From the IMG/VR virus record IMGVR_UViG_3300027983_002389: a DNA stretch of 64,000 bases; one strand, 5' to 3'. Position numbers and translations under genes: made by a program. This DNA is from a virus (lineage: Duplodnaviria; Caudoviricetes). Shown here piece by piece: positions 1 to 8,717 of the stretch; the stretch's first letter is position 1, and each line of letters opens with the position of its first letter. The notes under the pieces were generated by a model. That model saw only the letters and a program-made list of their open reading frames with translations. It did no database searches and was not told where the DNA came from.

Positions 1-77
1 GCCGCCGACATTCTCGGAACGGTTACGTCCGACAGCGACGAATAACGATGTTCGTGTTTTGAGTGAACTGAGTTTAG

Positions 78-112
78 GCCCCCGGTCAAGTGAAATTGAC
101 CGGGGTTTTTTA
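78..112 (+). terminator. Rho-independent terminator
   Basis: ccccggtcaa-gtgaaa-ttgaccgggg hairpin followed by T-tract. Confidence 0.85.
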
Positions 113-128
113 TTTATTGCACAAGACA

Positions 129-134
129 TAAATA
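129..134 (+). promoter_or_regulatory. TAAATA late-type promoter candidate
   Basis: TAAATA just after terminator, upstream of structural-looking gene; recurs at 12779, 14571, 28441 and 14544-14549(-). Confidence 0.45.
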
Positions 135-245
135 GGAGAACAATTCAAGTTTATAATTACTGTAGGGGGGCAGACGCCTATGACGGTTAAGAAATGTGCC
201 TTCCATTGGCGCACAGTGCCAATTAAAACCCTATTGGAGATAATT

Positions 246-806
246 ATGGGCTTATTCAAAAGTCGTAACATATTGCGAATCTCGCCAACAGATCGGCGAG
301 ACAACTACATCTGTAACAAAATTGCGCCGGGCGAAAACGTCAACATCGAACTTGAAGACGGACCTTATGGTGAACAATTGGTCATTACAGCCAATAAAAG
401 CCAGGGTCGCAAGGTTCGAGTCTTAACGGAAAGTGGAGTGGTAAATTCTGATGAGTATTTAGTTTTGGTTGATGCCAGCAAAAATCATGTGGCGGTTACG
501 TTGCCGCCAACTCATGATTACCTGGGTCAACTACACATTGTCTGCGTAGACCCTAGCAATGGTATTGAGCTAATTCCAAATGGCTCAACATCTAACGTCA
601 TTTTTGATTTAAGCAATGTGACGTTCAATGCTAAGGGAGACGCATTAACCCTAGTCAGTGACCGAGGTAAGTCGCTACCACCTGTGGACCCCGATGAAGA
701 CCTCTCTGATGTAGCATTGGCTGCATTGAGTGTTGAATTCATCGAGACGATTACGCCGGGAACATGGTATGTGGTTGGGCGATATGCCGCTTTGTGGTAT
801 GCTTAA
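246..806 (+). CDS. putative virion structural protein (beta-rich, VLVDAS..VTLP motif)
   Basis: GGAG RBS at 236, ATG 246; motif resembles phage tail/fibre accessory domains. Confidence 0.5.
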   Translation: MGLFKSRNILRISPTDRRDNYICNKIAPGENVNIELEDGPYGEQLVITANKSQGRKVRVLTESGVVNSDEYLVLVDASKNHVAVTLPPTHDYLGQLHIVCVDPSNGIELIPNGSTSNVIFDLSNVTFNAKGDALTLVSDRGKSLPPVDPDEDLSDVALAALSVEFIETITPGTWYVVGRYAALWYA

Positions 807-808
807 AA

Positions 809-1465
809 ATGAAGTGGTATCCGAAGATGTTCGGGACGTACAGTGAAGATACGCCTTGGGGCGACCATTGTATTGCTTTCAACAAACTCGATGGTTCCAA
901 TCTCCGATTCGAGTGGAATCGGAAACAAGGTTGGTATAAGTTCGGTACTCGAAACCGAATGTTCGACCGTAGCGACAAAGAATATGGTCATGCTATTGAC
1001 ATATTCTTAAACAAATACGGCGAGGGTTTGTCCAAGGTAATGCAGGACAAATTTGCCAAGGTCGAATCAGCTATTGCTTATGCTGAATACCTGGGTCCAG
1101 TTAGCTTTGGCGGTCTACATGACGCTCTCTATATGCACCAAATTGGGCATCTGGCAGAAGTTGTCTCGAACGATCCTAAAGACGTTGTGTTGTTCGATTT
1201 CAATCCTCACAAACGAGGGTTTCTATCACCTGTTGAATTCGTTAAACACTTCTCTCATTTGCATATCCCCGCAATCATATACGAAGGCAGATTCACGAAA
1301 GAATTTGTGGAAGACATTCGAGCGGGTCAATATCCAGTATACGAAGGCATTGTCGCCAAGGGCGGCGAAGGCCATAAACTCTGGATGAGAAAAGTCAAAA
1401 CAAATGCTTATCTGACTGAAATTCGACGTGTGTTCAGCACTGGCTGGCAAGACCATTGGGAATGA
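809..1465 (+). CDS. RNA ligase-like nucleotidyltransferase
   Basis: motif I KLDGSN, YAEY, LFD, EGIVAK, terminal KVK. Confidence 0.75.
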   Translation: MKWYPKMFGTYSEDTPWGDHCIAFNKLDGSNLRFEWNRKQGWYKFGTRNRMFDRSDKEYGHAIDIFLNKYGEGLSKVMQDKFAKVESAIAYAEYLGPVSFGGLHDALYMHQIGHLAEVVSNDPKDVVLFDFNPHKRGFLSPVEFVKHFSHLHIPAIIYEGRFTKEFVEDIRAGQYPVYEGIVAKGGEGHKLWMRKVKTNAYLTEIRRVFSTGWQDHWE

Positions 1466-1470
1466 TCGGC

Positions 1471-1499
1471 TTTACAGCACAATTTATTTGTGGTATATT
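1471..1499 (+). promoter_or_regulatory. sigma70-type promoter (class A)
   Basis: TTTACA-N17-TATATT. Confidence 0.7.
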
Positions 1500-1530
1500 G
1501 TGATTGAGGTTTTTACGAAGGAGATTTGAC

Positions 1531-1792
1531 ATGATTGAAGCAGGGCAACAGTACGTGTTGCGGAACGGGATGATTACTTCGCCCCGAACTCCCTTTTGCC
1601 ATTCTCACCTATGGGCTGGGTGATATGTTCACTGGACTGTTTGCCCTAAAGTGCAACTATGTAAAGTGGCAAGGCTCTTTGGGCAAAGTCCAGTTGTATA
1701 TCCGTCATAATTTGACAGATGAACGATTGAAGCAATTTTTGCTATCCAACTCCGACTACAACATTCAACAGAAGGTGTCAACCTTATCATGA
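1531..1792 (+). pseudogene. deletion-fused or frameshifted gene remnants
   Basis: AGGAG+ATG 1531 ORF stops after 30 codons; a second frame carries a startless protein-like tail to 1792. Confidence 0.45.
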
Positions 1793-2406
1793 TTGAAACA
1801 GCACTCAGTCAGGCAATAGCTGCGGCAGTGGACTATAAAGCCAAGGCGCAGGTCGTATGGGACCACTATCTTAGTCGTCAATTGCCACCGGCCACGATTG
1901 ATCCTGTTGTTGGTACTCTCGAACCGGACTGGATTCATGGTGGATATGAATTCGTTCATAAGTTTGTTTCTAAAAAGTTGGACGCCTACGGACTTGAATT
2001 GGTCGCTCAAATTATCGCCAGTCATTCTCTCAAAGATGGACAAACTGTACCGGCGTTCCCAGGTCAGCCAAAAAGTCCGATGCGGATTATCCATGATGGT
2101 TGGAAAGCTGGTACGCCGACTTGGATATTCATGGGTCGTGCGTTGACCCCGAAGAGTGTCGTTCATTTAGGTGGTGGTTGGGTCGCAGTGCAGCGAACTA
2201 TTCCTGACGACTTCTATAAGGACATGGACCAGCAAGCCGCTCCTGCAACGTTGTGGATGGCGTATAAGAGGGATAGGCAAATGGGCGTTACAGCTTTGAC
2301 TTCCAATGTCATAGGCCCGGCAATATCATTTAATCAACTTTGGGAAGCCGTGGTTGCCGAACACGGTCCTTTGTATAAGACCGGAGCCAACGAAGAATAC
2401 GCCTAG
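1789..2406 (+). CDS. hypothetical protein
   Basis: 205-aa ORF. Confidence 0.75.
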   Translation: MIETALSQAIAAAVDYKAKAQVVWDHYLSRQLPPATIDPVVGTLEPDWIHGGYEFVHKFVSKKLDAYGLELVAQIIASHSLKDGQTVPAFPGQPKSPMRIIHDGWKAGTPTWIFMGRALTPKSVVHLGGGWVAVQRTIPDDFYKDMDQQAAPATLWMAYKRDRQMGVTALTSNVIGPAISFNQLWEAVVAEHGPLYKTGANEEYA

Positions 2407-2470
2407 CCGAACCCAGATGGTTTCGGTGCGTCTTTGTCATTATGGTTCATGAGGTTATTTATTCAGATAA

Positions 2471-2499
2471 TTTACAAAGTCATTGATGCGTGGTAGAAT
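2471..2499 (+). promoter_or_regulatory. sigma70-type promoter (class A)
   Basis: TTTACA-N17-TAGAAT; ATG 7 nt downstream (near leaderless). Confidence 0.8.
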
Positions 2500-2505
2500 C
2501 AGGAC

Positions 2506-3138
2506 ATGATTCAGCATTTGCGACTTTCCGGTGATCTCAAATTTGGACAGTACAAGGGAATATCTTGTGCTGTCCACCTTCAAGTTGACATTCACGAAGA
2601 CGATGAGTGGGCCGAGCCGGACCCCAACTACAATCCAGCCAACTACATCGATGGCGTTCGTGTCACTGGCGAGTTTTATTTTGACACTTCACCACTTGGT
2701 TGGAACGATAAGCATCCGGTTGAACCCAACGCCATTGGTGAATTGTTTGTTCGTGATGGCGAGGAAAGTTCCAAGTTGAATATCCTTGTCACAGAGAAGT
2801 CTGGTGAGTCTGATCTTATTCCAAAGAAACTGAAACGCTATTTTTGGCAGTTCTTCGTTGTCGGTAAGCCCTCTTGGGATAAACTCAAGATATTTCCAGA
2901 GAACTACCGAGGCGCAAACATGAACCGTCTATATGCTTGCACCGACTTTCGAGGTTATTGGCCGGTTGGAGTCGCTTCTGTTATTGTTGCCACCGATAAA
3001 CGTGAGGCTAGACGATTGCTCAATCAGAAACTCGAAGAGGCAGGCATCCCAATTGAAAGTGGCGTCGATTTCAATTTGACTGAAATCAATCTTCAAGATA
3101 AAGGCGCTGTTATCCTCAATAATGGCGACTGGAAATAG
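2506..3138 (+). CDS. hypothetical protein, probably fusion of two small genes (internal ATG 2920)
   Basis: 210-aa ORF with internal MNRLYACTDF start. Confidence 0.65.
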   Translation: MIQHLRLSGDLKFGQYKGISCAVHLQVDIHEDDEWAEPDPNYNPANYIDGVRVTGEFYFDTSPLGWNDKHPVEPNAIGELFVRDGEESSKLNILVTEKSGESDLIPKKLKRYFWQFFVVGKPSWDKLKIFPENYRGANMNRLYACTDFRGYWPVGVASVIVATDKREARRLLNQKLEEAGIPIESGVDFNLTEINLQDKGAVILNNGDWK

Positions 3139-3224
3139 CATGGACCCAAAGGTGCGACCGGCATTTTACGTCATTGTTTTCTTTCTGCCAAGCACAATAA
3201 TACATGGACCACAATAATACACCC

Positions 3225-3307
3225 GTTCTTTAATCTAAGGAATTCCCAATGAGTAGAGCGGCGAACTCTAAATTTGCTGGTTGTGGGTTCGATTCCCATC
3301 GGGAACG
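3225..3307 (+). tRNA. degenerate tRNA with CUA anticodon (amber suppressor-like, 5' half damaged)
   Basis: anticodon arm gcgaa-CTCTAAA-tttgc (CTA 3268-3270), T arm gtggg-TTCGATT-cccat, 3' acceptor cgggaac; 5' acceptor/D stem scrambled. Confidence 0.65.
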
Positions 3308-3312
3308 CTTTA

Positions 3313-3383
3313 GCTCCGTTGGTATAGAGGTTGTGCCGGGAACTCTAAATTCCCAGAGGCAGGTTCAAGTCCTGTACGGAGCA
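3313..3383 (+). tRNA. amber suppressor tRNA (anticodon CUA)
   Basis: acceptor GCTCCGT/ACGGAGC, D stem gtat/gtgc, anticodon arm gggaa-CTCTAAA-ttccc (CTA 3345-3347), T arm gcagg-TTCAAGT-cctgt, discriminator A, no encoded CCA. Confidence 0.9.
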
Positions 3384-3401
3384 TTTTTTCAAGGTGATGA
3401 C

Positions 3402-3773
3402 ATGCAAGTAAATGTAAACGGCAAATCGTTCAATGTTCGTGATGGTGCCAATATCAGCATTACCAATAACGTCTTGTACGTTGATGGTCAAGAATATGTT
3501 GGCGATGGCTACGATTCCAAAGAATTCAAAATCGAGATAACTGGTGGCGTTGCCAATGTCAAAGTCGAGCGTGGAAGCGTAGTTGTTCACGGTGACGCAG
3601 GACCAGTCAATGCTGGTGGTAATGTCACCTGTGGCAACATATTTGGTGGGATTGATGCTGGTGGTAATGTCACCTGTGGCAATGTTGCTAATACAATTGA
3701 TGCTGGTGGCAATATTACCTGTGGCTCGGTCGGTGGCAATGTTGTCGCCGGTGGCAATGTTCATCACCAGTAG
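3402..3773 (+). CDS. beta-solenoid repeat protein (AGGNVTCGN repeats)
   Basis: tandem 16-aa Gly-rich repeats; AAGGTG RBS. Confidence 0.7.
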   Translation: MQVNVNGKSFNVRDGANISITNNVLYVDGQEYVGDGYDSKEFKIEITGGVANVKVERGSVVVHGDAGPVNAGGNVTCGNIFGGIDAGGNVTCGNVANTIDAGGNITCGSVGGNVVAGGNVHHQ

Positions 3774-3784
3774 GAGATTTTCAA

Positions 3785-4117
3785 ATGAGAAACGGAAACG
3801 GGTTCACGCTGATCGAGTTGTTGGTTGTGCTTTGCATAATCGCAGTCCTTGTTTCTCTTGTCATTGGTGCAGTCGGCGGTATCACCGGCAGAACCTTTGA
3901 AGCCGAGGTTACTGACAAGTGGACCGATCTTGATCTTGATGACAACAGGATTTACCGAATTCGGACTGTCTCGCCCCAAGGCGATATTGACACTTGGAAT
4001 TCATATTGGTGTCACGACGACATTCATCAAGGCGTATCGTATCAATTCCAGGCTACTGGCAGTGTGATTCGCAAATCCAACAGACTGGCTTTGCAGCCAG
4101 TGAAAATTCAAAATTAA
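3785..4117 (+). CDS. prepilin-type N-terminal cleavage/methylation domain protein
   Basis: NGFTLIELLVVLCIIAVLVSL class III signal (G|F, E+5). Confidence 0.85.
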   Translation: MRNGNGFTLIELLVVLCIIAVLVSLVIGAVGGITGRTFEAEVTDKWTDLDLDDNRIYRIRTVSPQGDIDTWNSYWCHDDIHQGVSYQFQATGSVIRKSNRLALQPVKIQN

Positions 4118-4126
4118 GGGTTCACA

Positions 4127-4399
4127 ATGGTTCCAGTTGATGGAGTGGACGGCACGCCTGACCTAAAGATCGACGCTCTTTATGCCTATCTTGCTCAAGG
4201 CAAAGAGGGCGAAGGCGTTATGGGAATGTCTGTTCCCATCAATGGTCAAATGATGATGCTGCCTATGGTTGGAGCAGACATTGATCGGATTAAATCCCTT
4301 CTGCCCCTCGCTACGCAAATTGCTCAGGCAAGCGGAATCACATTTAGAATCTATCGTTTCGACAACAAGGTGGATATCACCGAGGAAATCGAACTCTAA
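4127..4399 (+). CDS. hypothetical protein
   Basis: 90-aa ORF. Confidence 0.7.
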   Translation: MVPVDGVDGTPDLKIDALYAYLAQGKEGEGVMGMSVPINGQMMMLPMVGADIDRIKSLLPLATQIAQASGITFRIYRFDNKVDITEEIEL

Positions 4400-4404
4400 A
4401 ATGG

Positions 4405-4433
4405 TTTACAAAAACCTAGTTTCGTGGTAGATT
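4405..4433 (+). promoter_or_regulatory. sigma70-type promoter (class A)
   Basis: TTTACA-N17-TAGATT. Confidence 0.7.
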
Positions 4434-4449
4434 ACATAGGGAGTACACC

Positions 4450-5196
4450 ATGTACAAGCATAAGCTGTTGATTGCCAATCCGATGATTAACGACCCTGTA
4501 TTTGCAGGGAGCGTTGTGTTTATTTTTGAACACACCAAAAAGGGCGCACAAGGCGTCATTCTCAACTCCAGAGAAGTTGGGAAAGTTGGTTTTGGGCATA
4601 TGAAAGATGTGTTCAATGCGCCACCCGGCAACTTCAATGAAGCCAAAGACATGATCCTCAATGGCAAGTTGCAATCTGTCCCGCTCTATTTAGGTGGACC
4701 GTGCCAGACGCCGGGCGTATTTTTCCTTCATGGATATGAGGAACTTCTCAACATTCACGAAGGACAAGAACAGGGGTCGGAATACGACCTGGGAATTCCA
4801 GCCAGCTTTAATCTTTACGATGAAGATGAACAGCCCGCCTACAAAGATGATATTCCCAGCCCATTCGCCAAGTTGACCGTAACCGAAGGGTTGTATTTTG
4901 GCTCGCCATACACCTTCGGTCACTTGGTTGAAAACGGCAAATTGGACGAAGACAAGTTCAGGTTTTTTACTGGATTATCCGCATGGAGTGCAGGCCAGTT
5001 GGAATATGAAATCCAAAGTGGAGCTTGGACTGTTGCTGAATCGACTCCTGAATTGTTCTTCAATGTCGAAGAGTTGAATAAACTTGCACAATCAGTCGGC
5101 AGTAAACGGCATGAGCCTGAACCTGCGTCAAACCCAAAACCAAAACATCCTTGGCTTCCCGAAACGAAACAAGGGTTCGACCCGTCTTGGAACTAA
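4450..5196 (+). CDS. YqgE/AlgH (DUF179) family protein
   Basis: LLIANP..DPVF..SVV..EH...GAQGVILN, LYLGGP, RFFTGLSAWSAGQLEYEI..GAW. Confidence 0.9.
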   Translation: MYKHKLLIANPMINDPVFAGSVVFIFEHTKKGAQGVILNSREVGKVGFGHMKDVFNAPPGNFNEAKDMILNGKLQSVPLYLGGPCQTPGVFFLHGYEELLNIHEGQEQGSEYDLGIPASFNLYDEDEQPAYKDDIPSPFAKLTVTEGLYFGSPYTFGHLVENGKLDEDKFRFFTGLSAWSAGQLEYEIQSGAWTVAESTPELFFNVEELNKLAQSVGSKRHEPEPASNPKPKHPWLPETKQGFDPSWN

Positions 5197-5199
5197 AAC

Positions 5200-5943
5200 A
5201 TGGCCAACCATAGCGAGATCGTAGAAAAATTCAGTACACGTCAACCAAACAAGCGGCATCAAGGCCAAGTTGTTTGGCGTGGCAGTCGTGTGTATTGCTC
5301 AGCCGATCTGATCTTCAGCTATGGTAGTCATTTCCCAATGGCGAAGCATCTTGGAGAACGAGACAACAAACCGTTCTTCATTAGAAATGATGATAAGTAC
5401 AGCAGTTCAACTAGCGCTCATCAAAGCAAAGTGAGACAACATTGTCCCGGCCCTGATGTGTCACGACGTAAGCTGTCAAAGCACATTCATTTTGAAGACC
5501 TGGAAATGGTGCATATTCACTTATGGCGTCCTGGTTTGTTCAAGCATATGTGGCAGGATACTCAGACTGGTTTGTTCTACGATGATGCTGATTATCGTAG
5601 ACTTGAGCCAAATGATCCCGATCCTACTGATCCGTTTAAGTCGCTCGATCAAGAGGCTGACGTGAGTGATTTCAGCAGGGCATTCAGAGTAGTGAACCTT
5701 CAGCGTCGAGTGTATGTTTTTGTCAAGCCATGTAAACTGTCACGTTTTGGCTCGTTCAAAGCGTATAAGAGGAGCAACGAGCGATTTCAGCAGGGCATTT
5801 ATTCTGTGGAGCAGATACTTGTTTTGAAGATCAAGGACAAGTATCTTTTGTCCACAAACGGCAATATAGTTGAGCTTGTTGGAGAGCCAAAAACAATTGC
5901 TCAATCGATGAAGATGAAACATAAAGTAGTAGTAGTAACCTAA
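5200..5943 (+). CDS. hypothetical protein
   Basis: 247-aa ORF, YGSHFP / YSSSTSAHQ motifs. Confidence 0.75.
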   Translation: MANHSEIVEKFSTRQPNKRHQGQVVWRGSRVYCSADLIFSYGSHFPMAKHLGERDNKPFFIRNDDKYSSSTSAHQSKVRQHCPGPDVSRRKLSKHIHFEDLEMVHIHLWRPGLFKHMWQDTQTGLFYDDADYRRLEPNDPDPTDPFKSLDQEADVSDFSRAFRVVNLQRRVYVFVKPCKLSRFGSFKAYKRSNERFQQGIYSVEQILVLKIKDKYLLSTNGNIVELVGEPKTIAQSMKMKHKVVVVT

Positions 5944-5955
5944 CTGGAGAAATAA

Positions 5956-6264
5956 ATGCAATCAGTAACGTCTCAGACATTCGATCAAGAAGTCACACAG
6001 TCCGCAGTGCCAGTCATTGTGGACTTTTGGGCTACATGGTGCGGTCCTTGCCGTACTTTGAAGCCTGTGTTGGAATCCATGAACGGTGAAGCCAATGGTC
6101 AATTCAAGGTCGTCACCGTTGACGTTGACGCTGAGGCTGATCTTGCGTCGAAATATGGAATCAGCCATATCCCAACCCTCTTGATTTTCAAGAATGGCGA
6201 AGTATCCGAACGCATTGTTGGCATGAAGTCTAAGAAAGATTTACTGGAAGCGGTGGCACGATGA
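5956..6264 (+). CDS. trxA: thioredoxin
   Basis: VDFWATWCGPC, IPTL..FKNG. Confidence 0.95.
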   Translation: MQSVTSQTFDQEVTQSAVPVIVDFWATWCGPCRTLKPVLESMNGEANGQFKVVTVDVDAEADLASKYGISHIPTLLIFKNGEVSERIVGMKSKKDLLEAVAR

Positions 6265-6626
6265 ACTGGCACGGGCAAATACTAACGACTTATCTGGACC
6301 TGTTGCGAGAAGTCGCTAGGGTTGGCTCGCCAGAAGAGGCGCATGAGTTTCTATCTGCATACCGGCAGGTAAACCCTCATGCTGATTCAAACATCGGTTG
6401 GATGATTGGCGACGTGGATCGGGACGTGGGCAGACGAATCATTGAATGGTTCGGCTGTTCACATCCTGTATTTGGCACGACGTTCCCGACAGTCGAGGAG
6501 GCTCTACGGAAGGGCATGGAAATGGGAGAAGCAATGAAAAATGGCGGCATTGACGCCGTTCATAGGATTCTTCCACGATACAACCCTAACCCTTGGTTTC
6601 TCGGCGCACTCGATGACCAGGAGTGA
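6261..6626 (+). CDS. hypothetical protein with C-terminal WFLGAL motif
   Basis: 121-aa ORF, coupled start/stop. Confidence 0.75.
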   Translation: MNWHGQILTTYLDLLREVARVGSPEEAHEFLSAYRQVNPHADSNIGWMIGDVDRDVGRRIIEWFGCSHPVFGTTFPTVEEALRKGMEMGEAMKNGGIDAVHRILPRYNPNPWFLGALDDQE

Positions 6627-7075
6627 TCGTGTATTTTTCGTACTCATTATTTCGTCACAATCCAACGACCGATCAATGGATTGAACTTGCGGAAGTTGAA
6701 TCATTGCAAGAAATGATTCGACTTATCGAAAGTTACTTTGACATTATTGAGCCTGTATCGGCGAATTGGTTGCCGAGAGACTATGAAACTGCATTCAAAG
6801 ATGAAAACGGGCATGTTTATGCCATTTATCGGATGGATGAGCGATATAGTCGGCATGGTTATGATGATTACGAATCGGAATGTCAGTACAATGACTACTA
6901 CGACGACATTGACAGGCAAACCGATAGTTATTACGCTCAACAACGACGAGGAGTGGAGAAGTGGGAATATGTTTTCAACAATCCAGAATTGTTGATGAAG
7001 AGATATTTCCCACAACCGGAGTTGAGCATTGCGAGCCGCCAAAATGAATGGTATGTTGGTGCGTTGCATGATTGA
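6623..7075 (+). CDS. hypothetical protein with C-terminal WYVGAL motif
   Basis: 150-aa ORF, AGGAG + GTG. Confidence 0.7.
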   Translation: MIVYFSYSLFRHNPTTDQWIELAEVESLQEMIRLIESYFDIIEPVSANWLPRDYETAFKDENGHVYAIYRMDERYSRHGYDDYESECQYNDYYDDIDRQTDSYYAQQRRGVEKWEYVFNNPELLMKRYFPQPELSIASRQNEWYVGALHD

Positions 7076-7295
7076 ATTTGACGTTAAAAACGATCAGTTG
7101 TACGCTTGCTACAACGATGGTTCTTTTCCTGCATTCTTTGCACACGTTTCTTTGCCTATTGTTCTAACGGCGTTTCCAGATTCAAATAACGAATGGTTCA
7201 TCGGGGCATTGAGGGATAATCATGAAGATTCGACATCATCAGGACAGACAACAGGATGGTCTAGTAGTCCTAGAATCAGAGCCACAACTCCGTAG
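7068..7295 (+). CDS. small hypothetical protein with WFIGAL motif
   Basis: ATG overlapping upstream stop region. Confidence 0.55.
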   Translation: MIEFDVKNDQLYACYNDGSFPAFFAHVSLPIVLTAFPDSNNEWFIGALRDNHEDSTSSGQTTGWSSSPRIRATTP

Positions 7296-7902
7296 CATCT
7301 TCGTGTATAGCCAGACCCGCAACAATATACGGGTTCCATTGCCGTACATTCTTTTCACAATTCGATATGTAAAACTATCTTCAGGGAAGTTTACATATCC
7401 TGGCATTTATGGATCAGGACTCCACGTCTATGGAAACTTAAAGCCGTTGTCTGATTTTTCAGACAAAGTGGTTTATCTTCCAACTGATTATGCCAACTAT
7501 AAGGGCTTGGTTTGCACCGATCACGGATCAGACAACAAAAAGTTTGACTCGGTGCCACAATTGGTCAACTATGTGGTGACACATTGGTGGAGTCATATGC
7601 ACTATATTGACTATCAACCATTCGGAGCCACGGCTTGGCATGAAGCAAAATTAACCGATATTCCAAATGGCAAGTGGGAAAAAGCGGGAAATTTTCGTCA
7701 AGCTCTTTTGTTGGGTAAGTGTTACGGAGTATCTGAGCAGCGATTCATTCCCGATGAAGCCAAAGTTTTGGACCTGCAATGGCCCGCTACGCTTGAAATC
7801 AAGCCGTTTGAAGGCGTGGAACATTCCGTTAACTACCTGAGTTCGTGGCCTGTCCCAATCGGGTGTCAGTGTGGAGATTGTCGTGCTGCCAGAGGCGAAT
7901 AA
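7222..7902 (+). CDS. hypothetical protein (possible prokaryotic E2-like family D)
   Basis: RVPLPYILF..., GLVC, WW pattern; resembles 53520..54134. Confidence 0.55.
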   Translation: MKIRHHQDRQQDGLVVLESEPQLRSIFVYSQTRNNIRVPLPYILFTIRYVKLSSGKFTYPGIYGSGLHVYGNLKPLSDFSDKVVYLPTDYANYKGLVCTDHGSDNKKFDSVPQLVNYVVTHWWSHMHYIDYQPFGATAWHEAKLTDIPNGKWEKAGNFRQALLLGKCYGVSEQRFIPDEAKVLDLQWPATLEIKPFEGVEHSVNYLSSWPVPIGCQCGDCRAARGE

Positions 7903-7917
7903 AATTTCGCAACCAGC

Positions 7918-7946
7918 TTTACAAAGCCGAAAACCGATGGTAGAAT
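7918..7946 (+). promoter_or_regulatory. sigma70-type promoter (class A) driving Pth2-like gene
   Basis: TTTACA-N17-TAGAAT. Confidence 0.8.
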
Positions 7947-8001
7947 GATTGCAGTAAAGAATAGATAACTCGAATTAACCCTCAAATTTTGGAGATTGAC
8001 C

Positions 8002-8460
8002 ATGACTCTTTAGGTATCAGCCCCGACCCGTAAAAGCCACGTTTACATTTTTGTACGTCGTGACCTACCGCCTGCACAGATTGTTGTGCAGGCTTCGCAC
8101 GCTGCTTTTGAAGCAGCCTCTCTTCATACCCCTGAACTCGACCACCCGCACATCGTCTTACTTGGTTTTCGTGACCAAAGAGAACTTGAGCGTGCGCTTC
8201 GGAGAGTTCAATCTTCGGGGTTTCAGGTCTGCCCATTTTTCGAGGCCGACCGTGGTGACGAACTTACTGCTTTCGCCACCCAGCCCATTTCTAAATCTCA
8301 GCGTTCGTTTTTTCGCAGATATAACTGCTTGAGCGACGATTTGCTGTTCTCTGGATTCACAAAGGGCAAATCAAAAAATATATCCTCAGCCGAAGGTCCG
8401 TCCATTGTGGACGCTGATCCCGGAGAGGGTGCGAAACAATTACAGGAAGCATATACATGA
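8002..8460 (+). CDS. peptidyl-tRNA hydrolase type 2 (Pth2)-like protein with in-frame TAG at codon 4
   Basis: GGAG RBS 7991, ATG ACT CTT TAG then VSAPTRKSHVYIFVRRDLPPAQIVVQASHAAFEA...IVLLG...FFEADRGDELTAFA, matching the Pth2 pattern Y.+VR.DL....Q..HA. Confidence 0.8.
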
Positions 8461-8672
8461 CAGAACCATATAGGCATATTCACGTCTCTACATTTGAGGC
8501 ATTCTTCAAGAGTGAAGACTGGCGAAGGAATTGGATCGCCACCAATCGTCCAGAGAAAGAATTAGAGGTTCATGATAAACGAATGTCCGTGACGAAAAGA
8601 GAAAGAAATTCAGGGAACGATTTCCGTTCACGGCAATTCTCCAAGGGGCATATCCAGAACACGATTTTGTGA
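8457..8672 (+). CDS. small hypothetical protein
   Basis: 71-aa ORF coupled to Pth2 stop. Confidence 0.5.
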   Translation: MTEPYRHIHVSTFEAFFKSEDWRRNWIATNRPEKELEVHDKRMSVTKRERNSGNDFRSRQFSKGHIQNTIL

Positions 8673-8717
8673 GTCGTTGGTGTTGGCAGTCGTTGGTGTT
8701 GGCAGAACATTGGTCCG

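Noticed and set aside
2405-2436. Twelfth class B promoter (GCCGAACCC...GCGTCTTTG)
   Set aside because: Both boxes have several mismatches and no gene start follows.
3225-3383. tRNA-Pyl / pyrrolysine system
   Set aside because: The T-loops are canonical TTC, the intact copy has a standard 5-bp anticodon stem, and no pyl genes are present in the window.
3249-3401. N-terminal extension of the ORF 3249..3773
   Set aside because: It overlaps the tRNA genes; the real start is ATG 3402 with an RBS.
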